A DNA stretch of 64,000 nt from Vicinamibacterales bacterium (GCA_036274155.1 DASUGH010000094.1:1744-65743), one strand, 5' to 3'; numbered from the stretch's first letter, positions 9,729-18,302 are shown. The notes: generated by a model not told the origin, from the sequence alone. Numbers and translations: made by a program.

Positions 9729-10850
9729 ATGAACTCGTTATCTCGAACGGCCGGCGCGGCCGCCATCGCCATCGGCGTTGCGTTGTCGGCTTCGCTGGCG
9801 GCGCAGTGGCCGTCGTACCCCACGCCGGGAGTGCCGCGGAACGCGGACGGCACGCCGAATCTCACCGGCCCTCCTCCGCGCACCGCTGACGGCAAGGTCG
9901 ACTTTTCCGGTGTCTGGAACGCCGGCCGTGGCCGCGGAAACCGCGGGGGCGGCGGTGCAGGGCCGGCGGCCGGTGCCGGCGGCGGCGCTGCGGGCGCGCC
10001 CGCGGCGGCAGGCGCCCCGGCTCGCGGAGCCGGCGCAGCTCCAGCAGGCGGCGCGGCTCGTGGAGCCGGCGCAGCTCCAGCGGCAGGCGCAGCGGCGCCT
10101 GCCGACGCAGCACCGCCGGCGGGCGGCGCACCGCAGGGCGCTGGGGCCCAGGCGGCTGCCGGAGGCCGCGGCGACGGACGCGGTGGCGGCGGCCGGGGTG
10201 GCGGCGGAGGCGGCGGCCGGGGTAATGCCCCCTGTACGCCGCTGGCGGATGGCGTCTTCGCCTCCGCGTTCTTCGAAGTGGCCGGCAACCCCAATTGCCT
10301 CCCGCCAATGCAGCAGTGGGCCCAGGATCTGAAGAAGAAGCGCATGGCCGACAACAGCAAGCACAACCCCGACGTCTGGTGCCTGCCGATCGGCCTGATG
10401 CAGTACCACAACCACCCGCAGCCGAGCCAGATCGTCCAGACGAAGAACCTGATGTTGATCACCTACGAGTCGAACTACGGGCTGCGCTACATCTATACGG
10501 ACGGACGCCCGGCGCCGAACAACGACCCCAATCCCTGGTGGTTCGGCTATTCCCGCGGCTGGTGGGAGGGGAACGACACGCTCGTGGTCGAGACGACGCA
10601 CTTCAACTCGGAGGAGCGGGCGTCGTGGCACGACGTCAACGGCACCCCGTGGTCCGACGCGCTCAAGATGACCGAGCGCTTCACGCGTCCGACGTTCGGC
10701 TCGCTGCAGGTCGACGTGACCATCGACGACTCGAAGGTCTTCGCCAAGCCGTTTACCGTGCGCGTGTTTCGCAACCTGATGGTCGACCAGGAGATGTTCG
10801 AGTTCATCTGCAACGAGAACGAGCGGTCGACGGAGCACATCACGAAGTAG
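9729..10850 (+). CDS. conserved exported hypothetical protein with a ~100-aa Gly/Ala/Arg/Pro low-complexity insertion
   Basis: An AGGAGG RBS lies 9 nt upstream. There is a signal peptide. The C-terminal 200 aa are well-composed (WCLPIGLMQYHNHPQPSQIVQT...GWWEGNDTLVVETTHF). The insertion spans roughly nt 9925-10240. Confidence 0.7.
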   Translation: MNSLSRTAGAAAIAIGVALSASLAAQWPSYPTPGVPRNADGTPNLTGPPPRTADGKVDFSGVWNAGRGRGNRGGGGAGPAAGAGGGAAGAPAAAGAPARGAGAAPAGGAARGAGAAPAAGAAAPADAAPPAGGAPQGAGAQAAAGGRGDGRGGGGRGGGGGGGRGNAPCTPLADGVFASAFFEVAGNPNCLPPMQQWAQDLKKKRMADNSKHNPDVWCLPIGLMQYHNHPQPSQIVQTKNLMLITYESNYGLRYIYTDGRPAPNNDPNPWWFGYSRGWWEGNDTLVVETTHFNSEERASWHDVNGTPWSDALKMTERFTRPTFGSLQVDVTIDDSKVFAKPFTVRVFRNLMVDQEMFEFICNENERSTEHITK

Positions 10851-10992
10851 CCGCAGGCAGGCGGGCCGTACGGCCCGCCTGCTCTCCCGCCTCCGCGCCG
10901 CTGGCCGCGGCGGCCCGCCGACGTTCGCGGCCTGTCGGTTGCCGGCCGCGAACCTTGGCGAGATCACGCCGTCGCCAATCGATGAGAGCGCA

Positions 10993-13623
10993 ATGATCGA
11001 GCAGCTCGGCCCGTATCGCGTTCTGGAGAAGATTGGCGAAGGCGGAATGGGCGAGGTCTATCGAGCGCTCGACACCAACCTGAAGCGGGCCACCGCGATC
11101 AAAGTGCTGCCGCAGTCGGTCGCCGCCGATTCCGATCGCCTGGCGCGATTCCAGCGCGAGGCGGAGGTGCTGGCCGCCTTCAACCACCCGAACATCGCCG
11201 GCATCTATGGCCTCGAGCGATCGGGAACCACGCTCGCGATCGTGATGGAGCTGGTGGACGGGCCGACGCTGGCCGACCGTCTGACCGGCGGACCGATTCC
11301 GGTCGACGAGGCGCTCGCGATCGCCCGGCAGATCGCGGAAGGGCTCGAAGCCGCGCACGAGCAGGGTGTCGTGCACCGCGACCTGAAGCCGGCCAACGTC
11401 AAGGTGCGCACCGACGGCACCGTCAAGATCCTCGACTTCGGCCTCGCCAAGGCGCTCGAGCCTGCGGCCACCGTCTCGCCCAGCACCTCGATGTCGCCGA
11501 CGATCACGTCGCCGGCGATGACGCAGATGGGCATGGTGATCGGCACGGCGGCCTACATGAGCCCCGAGCAGGCGCGCGGCAGGCCGGTCGACAAGCGCGC
11601 AGACATCTGGGCCTTCGGCTGCGTACTGTTCGAGCTCCTCACCGGCAAACGGGCGTTCGACGGCGAGGATGTCTCACTCACGCTCGCCGAGATCATCAAG
11701 TCGGAGCCCGAGTGGGCGGCGCTTCCTGCTCTGCCGCCCGCGGTGCTCGTCTGCCTGCGCCAGTGCCTGAAGAAGGATCCGCGGTCGCGACTACGCGACA
11801 TCGGGGAGATGCGGCTTGCGCTGAGTGGCGCGCTCGATCTCAGCGCTGCAGGCAACGCGGGCAGCGGCGCATCGTCAACTTCCGCGCGACGGGTGTGGCC
11901 GTGGGTGCTTCCTGCCGCAGCGCTTTCGGCGGCTGCCGCGGCGCTGCTCGTGCTGTGGTTTCAACGCGCGCCGCAAGGGCCGCTGCCTCAGGTCGTCCGT
12001 TTTCAGATTCATGCCCCGACGGGCAGCAAGATTCCTCCGGGCACGCCGGCAATTTCACCTGATGGGCGGACACTCGCATACCCCGTGACGGGACCCGACA
12101 AGATCACGCAAATCCACGTGCGCGACCTTGGATCGACCGAATCGAGACCGTTGCAGGGCACCGAAGGTGGCGTCCATCCGTTCTGGTCGCCCGACGGCCG
12201 CTCGCTGGCGTTTGTCAGCAATCGCGTACTCAAGCGGATCGACATCGCCGGCGGCGGCGCGCGCGAGGTGGTGCCGCAGGTCACCGGCCCATGGCACGGC
12301 TCGTGGGGTCGTTTCGGAGATCTGCTCTACATCGCCGGTGGTGTGCAGCGCGTATCCGCCGAAGGCGGCAAGGCGAACCTGGTCGTCGTGCTCGACACCA
12401 AGGCCGGCGAATCGCAGGCCGGCTTTCCGGCATTTCTCGCCGACGGCAAACGCTTCGTCGTTCGCATCGACCGTGAAGGCGCGAGCGCCATCCACCTGGC
12501 CTCGCTCGATTCGAAGGACCGGAAGGTGCTCGTCCCAGACGTGCTCAGCGCGCCGCTCGTCGCGCAGACACCGCAAGGCGCGAGCTACCTGCTCTACTTG
12601 CGCAACGACGCGCTGGTGGCACAGGAGCTGGACGAGCGTGCGGGCGACATCAAGGGCGCGCCGCGCGTCGTAATCGATCGCATCGGGCGTGTCGCGAACC
12701 CGGCGATCATGCCCACGTTCGGTGTATCGCCGAGCGGCGTGATCGCGTACCAGATCGGCGGCGAGTTCACGACGATGGTCCTGAGCTGGTTCAATCGCTC
12801 CGGCACCCTTTTGAGCGAGACGCCCCTCGACGTGACCGGACAGAACCCGTCGCTCTCGCCGGACGGACGTCTGCTCGCCATGGACGCGGCATTCGGCGGC
12901 GATCGCGACATCATGGTGGCAGAGGTCGCGCGCGGCGTGACCTCCCGGCTCACGCGCGGCGGTGGCGTCGCCAGAGCCCCCGTCTGGTCGCCCGACAGCC
13001 GTCGGGTAGCCTATGCGCGCAGCGGAAAAATCTATGTCACGAATGCGGACGGGAGCAGCGCCGAAAGCGTGCTCGCGGACGTCCAGGGGACGCCTCGCTC
13101 GTGGTCCGCCGATGGCAAGTACGTGCTGTACGATGCGCCGGCGCAGAAGATGATGCTGTGGCTGATTGCGGGCGGAGAGCCGATCGCTGTCGGATCGCGC
13201 AACGGCGGCTCGCGCACCGGCCGCTTCTCTCCGGACAGCCGCTACCTCGCCTACGTCTCGGACGAGTCAGGGAGAGACGAGGTCTATGTCCAGCAGACGC
13301 CCCCGGCGTCGGGCCGCGTCAGGGTATCCGTGAACGGCGGTACGCTGCCGCGATGGGGAGGATCGAGCCGCGAGATCTTCTTCATGGGCGCCGATCGCTA
13401 TCTGATGAGCGCCGAGTTGACACCGGGGGATCCACTGGCTGCGAACGTGCCGAAGAAGAGCTTCCTGCTCGATGCCGGCGCGGTGTTCATCAACCTGTCG
13501 TACGAAGTCGGCCGCGACGGCCAGCGCGTCCTCCTGCCGCGGATTCTCGGCGACAACGCGCCCGACACGCCGATCACGGTGGTGCTGAACTGGTGGGCGG
13601 AGCTCGTGAAGCGACCCGATTGA
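10993..13623 (+). CDS. Ser/Thr protein kinase with TM helix and TolB/PD40-type beta-propeller
   Basis: Motifs [26 protein letters not shown] and AAYMSPEQ are present. TM helix WVLPAAALSAAAAALLVLWF. PD40-like repeats are SPDGRTLAY, SPDGRSLAF, SPDGRLLAM, SPDSRRVAY and SPDSRYLAY. The ATG at 10993 is preferred over the track's TTG at 10939. Confidence 0.9.
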   Translation: MIEQLGPYRVLEKIGEGGMGEVYRALDTNLKRATAIKVLPQSVAADSDRLARFQREAEVLAAFNHPNIAGIYGLERSGTTLAIVMELVDGPTLADRLTGGPIPVDEALAIARQIAEGLEAAHEQGVVHRDLKPANVKVRTDGTVKILDFGLAKALEPAATVSPSTSMSPTITSPAMTQMGMVIGTAAYMSPEQARGRPVDKRADIWAFGCVLFELLTGKRAFDGEDVSLTLAEIIKSEPEWAALPALPPAVLVCLRQCLKKDPRSRLRDIGEMRLALSGALDLSAAGNAGSGASSTSARRVWPWVLPAAALSAAAAALLVLWFQRAPQGPLPQVVRFQIHAPTGSKIPPGTPAISPDGRTLAYPVTGPDKITQIHVRDLGSTESRPLQGTEGGVHPFWSPDGRSLAFVSNRVLKRIDIAGGGAREVVPQVTGPWHGSWGRFGDLLYIAGGVQRVSAEGGKANLVVVLDTKAGESQAGFPAFLADGKRFVVRIDREGASAIHLASLDSKDRKVLVPDVLSAPLVAQTPQGASYLLYLRNDALVAQELDERAGDIKGAPRVVIDRIGRVANPAIMPTFGVSPSGVIAYQIGGEFTTMVLSWFNRSGTLLSETPLDVTGQNPSLSPDGRLLAMDAAFGGDRDIMVAEVARGVTSRLTRGGGVARAPVWSPDSRRVAYARSGKIYVTNADGSSAESVLADVQGTPRSWSADGKYVLYDAPAQKMMLWLIAGGEPIAVGSRNGGSRTGRFSPDSRYLAYVSDESGRDEVYVQQTPPASGRVRVSVNGGTLPRWGGSSREIFFMGADRYLMSAELTPGDPLAANVPKKSFLLDAGAVFINLSYEVGRDGQRVLLPRILGDNAPDTPITVVLNWWAELVKRPD

Positions 13624-13638
13624 TGGGAGACGACCCGC

Positions 13639-13700
13639 GTAGGGTCCGGCTGAAGCCCGACCCCACGGGATTTCGGTCCGGCTGAAGCCGGACGCTACGG
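13639..13700. repeat. two REP-like hairpin units (GGTCCGGC-TGAA-GCCGGAC core)
   Basis: The units are gtagggtccggctgaagcccgaccccac and tcggtccggctgaagccggacgctacgg. They fill the 79-nt gap between convergent genes. Related units lie at 18346-18371 and about 20075-20100, and in the 9585 array. Confidence 0.7.
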
Positions 13701-13702
13701 GA

Positions 13703-14170
13703 TTAAAGACCGGCCAGCGCCTGCTTCACCTTCCCGTAGTCGGGCTCGTTCCGCGCATCCTCGAGCACCTCGCGGTGCCGGACGACGCCGTTGCGATCGA
13801 TCACGAAGACCGCGCGCTTCGAGATGTCCTTCAATCCGATCATGTCCGGGTTGACCACGCCGTACTGACGGATGACCGTCTTGTTGAAGTCGCTGAGCAG
13901 CGGGAAGGAGAGCTTCTGCGCGTCGGCCCACGCTTTCAGCGCGAAGAAGGTGTCGACGGTCACGCCGATCACCTGCGCCTTCACCTTGCTCAACTCCGAC
14001 GCCGAGTCGCGGAAGTTGCACACCTCGGCCGTGCAGGTGCCGCTGAAAGCGGCGGGCATGAAGGCGAGCACCACCGGGCCATTCTTGAGCTGCGCGCTCA
14101 GCGTGACGGCTTCGCGGTCCTGATTGGGAAGCGTGAAATCGGGCGCCTTGGCGCCAACGTCAATCGACAT
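13703..14170 (-). CDS. peroxiredoxin (AhpC/TSA-Bcp-like redoxin)
   Basis: 155 aa. APDFTLPNQ...VVLAFMPAAFSGTCTAE contains the peroxidatic Cys context. The thioredoxin-fold layout is typical (KAWADAQKLSFPLLSD, VFVIDRNGVV). Confidence 0.85.
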   Translation of the reverse strand: MSIDVGAKAPDFTLPNQDREAVTLSAQLKNGPVVLAFMPAAFSGTCTAEVCNFRDSASELSKVKAQVIGVTVDTFFALKAWADAQKLSFPLLSDFNKTVIRQYGVVNPDMIGLKDISKRAVFVIDRNGVVRHREVLEDARNEPDYGKVKQALAGL

Positions 14171-14186
14171 GAGAATCCTTTACCTT

Positions 14187-14265
14187 GAATTTACGGATCG
14201 ACGAAATGGAATTGACGGCATTGAATCCGTCAATTCCAATCCGTAGATCCGTCAATGCGTCAATG
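14187..14265. repeat. palindromic CCGTCAAT-family element (second copy type)
   Basis: It contains a perfect 11-bp stem, GGAATTGACGG-cattgaat-CCGTCAATTCC, flanked by tacggatcgacg and atccgtagatccgtcaatgcgtcaatg. It shares motifs with 3447-3592. Confidence 0.7.
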
Positions 14266-14294
14266 TTATCGAGGCGGACATGGCCGCCTCTAAA

Positions 14295-14483
14295 CCCAGA
14301 GCTCACTTGTGTTGAGGATACGAATCCCGGTTCCGGCGACCGGACCGCGCTGCGAGGGCGTCGAGGACCGCTGGACGCGAGCTCCGTGAGCTCGCTGATC
14401 CCCACGGCCTTCTCGCGCGGTCAGGCGAGTCTGGTCGGTCGTCTCCACAGGGATTCGCATCCTCAACACAAGCGAGCTCTGGG
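14295..14483. mobile_element. 189-bp MITE-like element, copy A
   Basis: The terminal inverted repeats are about 34 bp (cccagagctcacttgtgttgaggatacgaatccc ... gggattcgcatcctcaacacaagcgagctctggg). The whole element is nearly identical, in reverse orientation, to 45352-45540. No ORF of its own. Confidence 0.75.
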
Positions 14484-14484
14484 T

Positions 14485-15972
14485 CTAGGGCACCCGAAAA
14501 TCACCCAGCGCGGGAGGTGTGACGGCCTTTTCCGCGGGCCGAGGGAGCTGGGGAATCCACTCGTACGGCACGCGATACGACCGGTAGACGGCGTTCGACC
14601 CCTGCGCGCCAGCAAAGAGCGGATTCAAGTACTCCCAGACGATTCGTCCGTCGGTGGTCACCTCGAAGAGACGGCCACCGGCACCTGCCGTCACCAGCGT
14701 GTTGCCATTCGGGAGCCGCTGCGCTCCGCTGATATTCGTGCTGAAGAAACGCCCCGGCGCCGTATACGACCACACCAGTTTGAGCGCGACCGGATCGATT
14801 TCGAGCACGCGCGAGTTCGACCGGGCATAGACGCCGGTGCCATTCGGCGCGATCCCACTCGGCGGCCCGTATCCGCTCGCACCGCCGTTGTCGAACACGA
14901 GGAGGTTGCCGGCGCCCGGCAGCCCTTTGGGGATGAAGTGTGCGTGATGCTGCCCGATGATCTGCCCGATCGCGCGTGTCGCCTCCGACTCGAGGAAGTC
15001 GGGCCCCAACCGCCATACGACCTTGCCGTCGCGCGCGACGATGGCAAGGACGTTCGCCTGGCGGCTGCTGATGATGACGTTGTTCGGCGCAAAGCGCCTG
15101 TCGCCCGCGTCGAACCAGCGGTTGGGCCCGACGTAGGTGGCGGAATTCACGTGCAGCCAGTCGAACCCGGCTCCGCCGCGACCCGGCCCGGCACCCCGCC
15201 CACCGCCAGGCCCGGCGCCGTCGCCTCTCGCCCCATTGCCTCTCGGCCCGTCGCCTCTCGCCCCATCGCCTCTCGGCGCGCCGCCACGGCCCGCTCCACG
15301 GATTGCCGCCCGCGCAGATTCGCTGAAGCCGAGCTCGCCGAGGTGCTCCCCGGCGATCCATTGCCAGACGATCTCACCCTTTGGCGACACCTCGATGAGA
15401 CGGTCGTCTTGAAGCAGGACGTCTGCGACATCGGGCTGGCGGTGGTCGGTGTGAGTCAGGAGCAGCGTGTTGCTGCCGCTGCGTGCCGGTCTGGCGTCGG
15501 GTGAATAGTACCCGGCCGGAAAATCCTCGCGCTGCCAGTCGTGGTGCTGCCGCGCCGACCAGATCATCTGGCCGTCGTTCGACTGAATCTGCTCGTTGCG
15601 GTCGAAGCGCCAGATGATGTTTCCCTCGAAGTCCCGCTGCACGAGCTCGACCGATTCCTGGCGCCCCGGCCTGGCGCCAGCAGCAGCGATGACGTCGCCG
15701 CCCGGCAGTACGCGAGCCGGGCCACCCGCCGAGTTGTTGTAGCCCTCCCACTGCTTGACGACCGTCCCGTTCATGTCGATCACGATCGCCGACGGCGTGT
15801 TCAGGGGAGAGAGCACGGTGAAGCCGCTCCACGCGCGCGCCGGTTCGTAAATCGTCGTGCCGGTCGGGTAGACCGATTGGCCGGACACCGCCAACGCCGA
15901 GGCCAGGATCAGCGCGGCGGGCGTCAAAGCGAGGGGCGATCGCATCACCGGCATCTCCTTTCGGACAGCCAT
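14485..15972 (-). CDS. arylsulfotransferase (ASST)-like beta-propeller protein, exported
   Basis: Signal peptide. Repeated blade motifs are IDMNGTVVKQWEG, RDFEGNIIWRF, SPKGEIVWQW, RDGKVVWRL and TTDGRIVWEY. HHDW and DWLHVNS segments resemble the ASST family. It carries a Gly/Arg-rich insertion. Confidence 0.55.
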   Translation of the reverse strand: MAVRKEMPVMRSPLALTPAALILASALAVSGQSVYPTGTTIYEPARAWSGFTVLSPLNTPSAIVIDMNGTVVKQWEGYNNSAGGPARVLPGGDVIAAAGARPGRQESVELVQRDFEGNIIWRFDRNEQIQSNDGQMIWSARQHHDWQREDFPAGYYSPDARPARSGSNTLLLTHTDHRQPDVADVLLQDDRLIEVSPKGEIVWQWIAGEHLGELGFSESARAAIRGAGRGGAPRGDGARGDGPRGNGARGDGAGPGGGRGAGPGRGGAGFDWLHVNSATYVGPNRWFDAGDRRFAPNNVIISSRQANVLAIVARDGKVVWRLGPDFLESEATRAIGQIIGQHHAHFIPKGLPGAGNLLVFDNGGASGYGPPSGIAPNGTGVYARSNSRVLEIDPVALKLVWSYTAPGRFFSTNISGAQRLPNGNTLVTAGAGGRLFEVTTDGRIVWEYLNPLFAGAQGSNAVYRSYRVPYEWIPQLPRPAEKAVTPPALGDFRVP

Positions 15973-15984
15973 CGTGAGAAGGCG

Positions 15985-17322
15985 CTACAGCTTGACGAGG
16001 TCACTGATCCTGACCGCCCGCTGCTCTTCGATACTCTTTCGCGCGGCGATGCCGGTCAGACACGACATGGCGCCCGCCCTCGAATCGGGCAGCCGCATGT
16101 GCTCTGGCGCCGGCGTCTTCCGGAAGATCTGATCGCGCAGGACATCGTCGCCGCCTCCGTGACCGCCCCCTGCGCTCACCACGTCGGCCTTCCGCCGCTG
16201 CCCGAAGCTCTTCGTCACGTAGATCTCGGTTTCCTCTCCCGGCGTCACCTTCCACGGCTGGCGCTCGTGGTCGCGGACTTCGAGGCGCCCGAGCTCGCCG
16301 TTGAAGGCGACACGGAATCCTTCGAACGGCATGTGGGCATCGAGAGAATAGGCCATCGTCGCGCCGTTCGAATACTTCACGATCGCCTGCATCGAATCGT
16401 AGATGTCGATGTCCTGCCGATACACGCAGCCATCGCGATAGTAGCCGTCGGCGCTCTCGCACTCGGCGTACAGCTTCATGTAGGTCGCGTTGGTCGTGAT
16501 GTCGGTGTAGAAGCGGCACTCCTTCTTGTGTGGGCACAGCCGGCAGTTCGTCCCCCGGATCGCTCCATTCTTGCCATACACCTGCAGCTGTCCGTTCGCC
16601 ACCACTTCGACAGGGTCGGCCCCGAGCCACCAGTTGACGAGATCGAAGTGATGCGTGGCCTTGTGCACCCACAGGCTGCCGCCGCCGTTCTTGTACGCAT
16701 GCCAGCGGCGGAAGTAGTCGGCTCCGTGGTACACGTCGAGATACCACGCGAAATCGACCGAGAGCACCTTGCCGATCTCGCCCGACATGAGAATTTCCTT
16801 CACCGTCCTGTGCTTCGGCGCGAACCGGTAGTTGAACGTGACGATGATGTTCTTCTTGTTGCGCTTCTCGGCGTCGAGGACCGCCTGACACTGCGTTTCG
16901 TCGATGACCATCGGCTTCTCGGTCATCACCTCCAGGCCGCGATCCAGCGCTCTGACGATGTACTGACTGTGGAATGAATCTCTGGTCGTGACCATGACGA
17001 GGTCGGGCTTTGCCTTGTCGAGCATCTCGTCGAAGTTCGTGTAGGTCGCGCAGCTCACGCCCATGAGCGCCTTCGACGCTTCCACACGCTTCGGATTGAT
17101 GTCGCAGAGGCCCACGAACTCGACGATGTCGGAGTAGCGTTCCCGGATCGGACGTCCCCACATCCCGGTCGCCCGATCGCCGGTCCCGACGATGGCATAG
17201 CGGCGTCTCGATGAAGCGGTTTGAGCGAAGAGCGGGTCGACGGCGACGAGCGACGCCGCCGCAACCGCCCCTCCTGCTGTCTTCACGAAACCCCGGCGGT
17301 CCATGAGATGGCCATTCGACAT
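15985..17322 (-). CDS. Gfo/Idh/MocA-family oxidoreductase with Tat signal
   Basis: The twin-arginine motif DRRGFVKTAGG is followed by a Rossmann start RYAIVGTGDRA. EKP motif (VMTEKPMV). Typical length of 445 aa. Confidence 0.85.
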   Translation of the reverse strand: MSNGHLMDRRGFVKTAGGAVAAASLVAVDPLFAQTASSRRRYAIVGTGDRATGMWGRPIRERYSDIVEFVGLCDINPKRVEASKALMGVSCATYTNFDEMLDKAKPDLVMVTTRDSFHSQYIVRALDRGLEVMTEKPMVIDETQCQAVLDAEKRNKKNIIVTFNYRFAPKHRTVKEILMSGEIGKVLSVDFAWYLDVYHGADYFRRWHAYKNGGGSLWVHKATHHFDLVNWWLGADPVEVVANGQLQVYGKNGAIRGTNCRLCPHKKECRFYTDITTNATYMKLYAECESADGYYRDGCVYRQDIDIYDSMQAIVKYSNGATMAYSLDAHMPFEGFRVAFNGELGRLEVRDHERQPWKVTPGEETEIYVTKSFGQRRKADVVSAGGGHGGGDDVLRDQIFRKTPAPEHMRLPDSRAGAMSCLTGIAARKSIEEQRAVRISDLVKL

Positions 17323-17510
17323 CGGTCAGGCTCCGAGCAGGATTACGCCTGGTGTATTCATCGACTGCCCCGTGAGTGATCCCGTCGCTATTCTCAGGTC
17401 AGCCGCGGAAGGGCCGAGTGTAGCATCACGGAGCCGGCTTCCATCTCTCGAGGCTCGCTTTGGCCGTCACGTTGCAGGAGTACGAGGGATCCAAACATGG
17501 GGTCGGCATC

Positions 17511-18302
17511 ATGACCAGATTCATCCTTATCCCGTTGGCCATTCTGCTCAGTCTCGCCGGTAGCAACGCCGTGCCGAACTTGGGCGCACAGGGCGTCCCG
17601 AGCGAGGCGAACGCCAATCAGAGAGGAGCATCGTCGGGGACGACACAGTCGACGTCGGGGACGACACAGTCGACGTCGGGGACGACACAGTCGACGTCGG
17701 GGACGACTCAGACGACGTCAGGCACGACACCGACAACGGTGAGCGGCCAGGGTCCGACAGCCGAGCCGGTGATGCTTCCGGTTTCGGTACCACCTACGAC
17801 AGCACAACCGGGAGCTGACGTCTCGATCCCCCAGACTGTCCCTGTACAGAACTCGTCACTTCCACCATCATCGTTGCAGTCGCCATCAACACCCCCGCGA
17901 GAGAGCGGGCTCGGCAGCACCGTGACCGCAGTGCCTGGCGGGTCTGTTCCCGGCGCCATCGGCGCACCTGGCACACCACGGCCCGCCGCGCCGGCATCGG
18001 TCGACACCGGCACCAATGAAGCGGCGCGACCGTGTGCCGTCAACGGATCGGGCGGCCCGGCCACGAACGCCGGAGCGAATTCGCCGTCGCAGGGAACAGG
18101 CGTGAGCGCGTCCCAGTTCGTGCGAGCGGGCGTGTCGGCCGATAAATTCGAGCGACCCGGCGTGAGCGCCGCGCAGCTCGCTACGCTCCTCCCGCACGCC
18201 AGACAGCCGGTGCGGTGCGTGCCCGCCTCTGACGTGATCCTTTACCCTGAGCGGACCGAGCGTCGGCGCCAGAATCCAACGGGACCGGACAGCGAGCCTT
18301 GA
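17511..18302 (+). CDS. exported Ser/Thr/Pro-rich repeat protein
   Basis: The ATG at 17511 gives the signal peptide MTRFILIPLAILLSLAGSNA. It is followed by SGTTQST x4-5 repeats, a Pro/Ser-rich spacer, and GVSA..F repeats near the C-terminus. Confidence 0.6.
   Translation: MTRFILIPLAILLSLAGSNAVPNLGAQGVPSEANANQRGASSGTTQSTSGTTQSTSGTTQSTSGTTQTTSGTTPTTVSGQGPTAEPVMLPVSVPPTTAQPGADVSIPQTVPVQNSSLPPSSLQSPSTPPRESGLGSTVTAVPGGSVPGAIGAPGTPRPAAPASVDTGTNEAARPCAVNGSGGPATNAGANSPSQGTGVSASQFVRAGVSADKFERPGVSAAQLATLLPHARQPVRCVPASDVILYPERTERRRQNPTGPDSEP
17634..17738. repeat. 21-bp tandem repeat (about 5 units) inside the Ser/Thr-rich gene
   Basis: tcggggacgacacagtcgacg is repeated three times exactly, then in two degenerate units (tcggggacgactcagacgacg, tcaggcacgacaccgacaacg). 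Confidence 0.85.

Noticed and set aside
9707-10462. A 251-aa minus-strand Pro/Ala-rich ORF and several other ORFs overlap the low-complexity part of gene 9729.
   Set aside because: They are antisense or off-frame readings of a GGC/GCC-rich repeat tract. Only the + frame continues into a well-composed conserved C-terminal domain.
15170-15300. Three RGD tripeptides in the ASST-like protein (possible adhesion motif).
   Set aside because: They arise from a 15/30-bp tandem repeat inside a Gly/Arg/Asp low-complexity tract. A chance by-product of the repeat is far more likely than an integrin-type motif in a soil-type bacterium.
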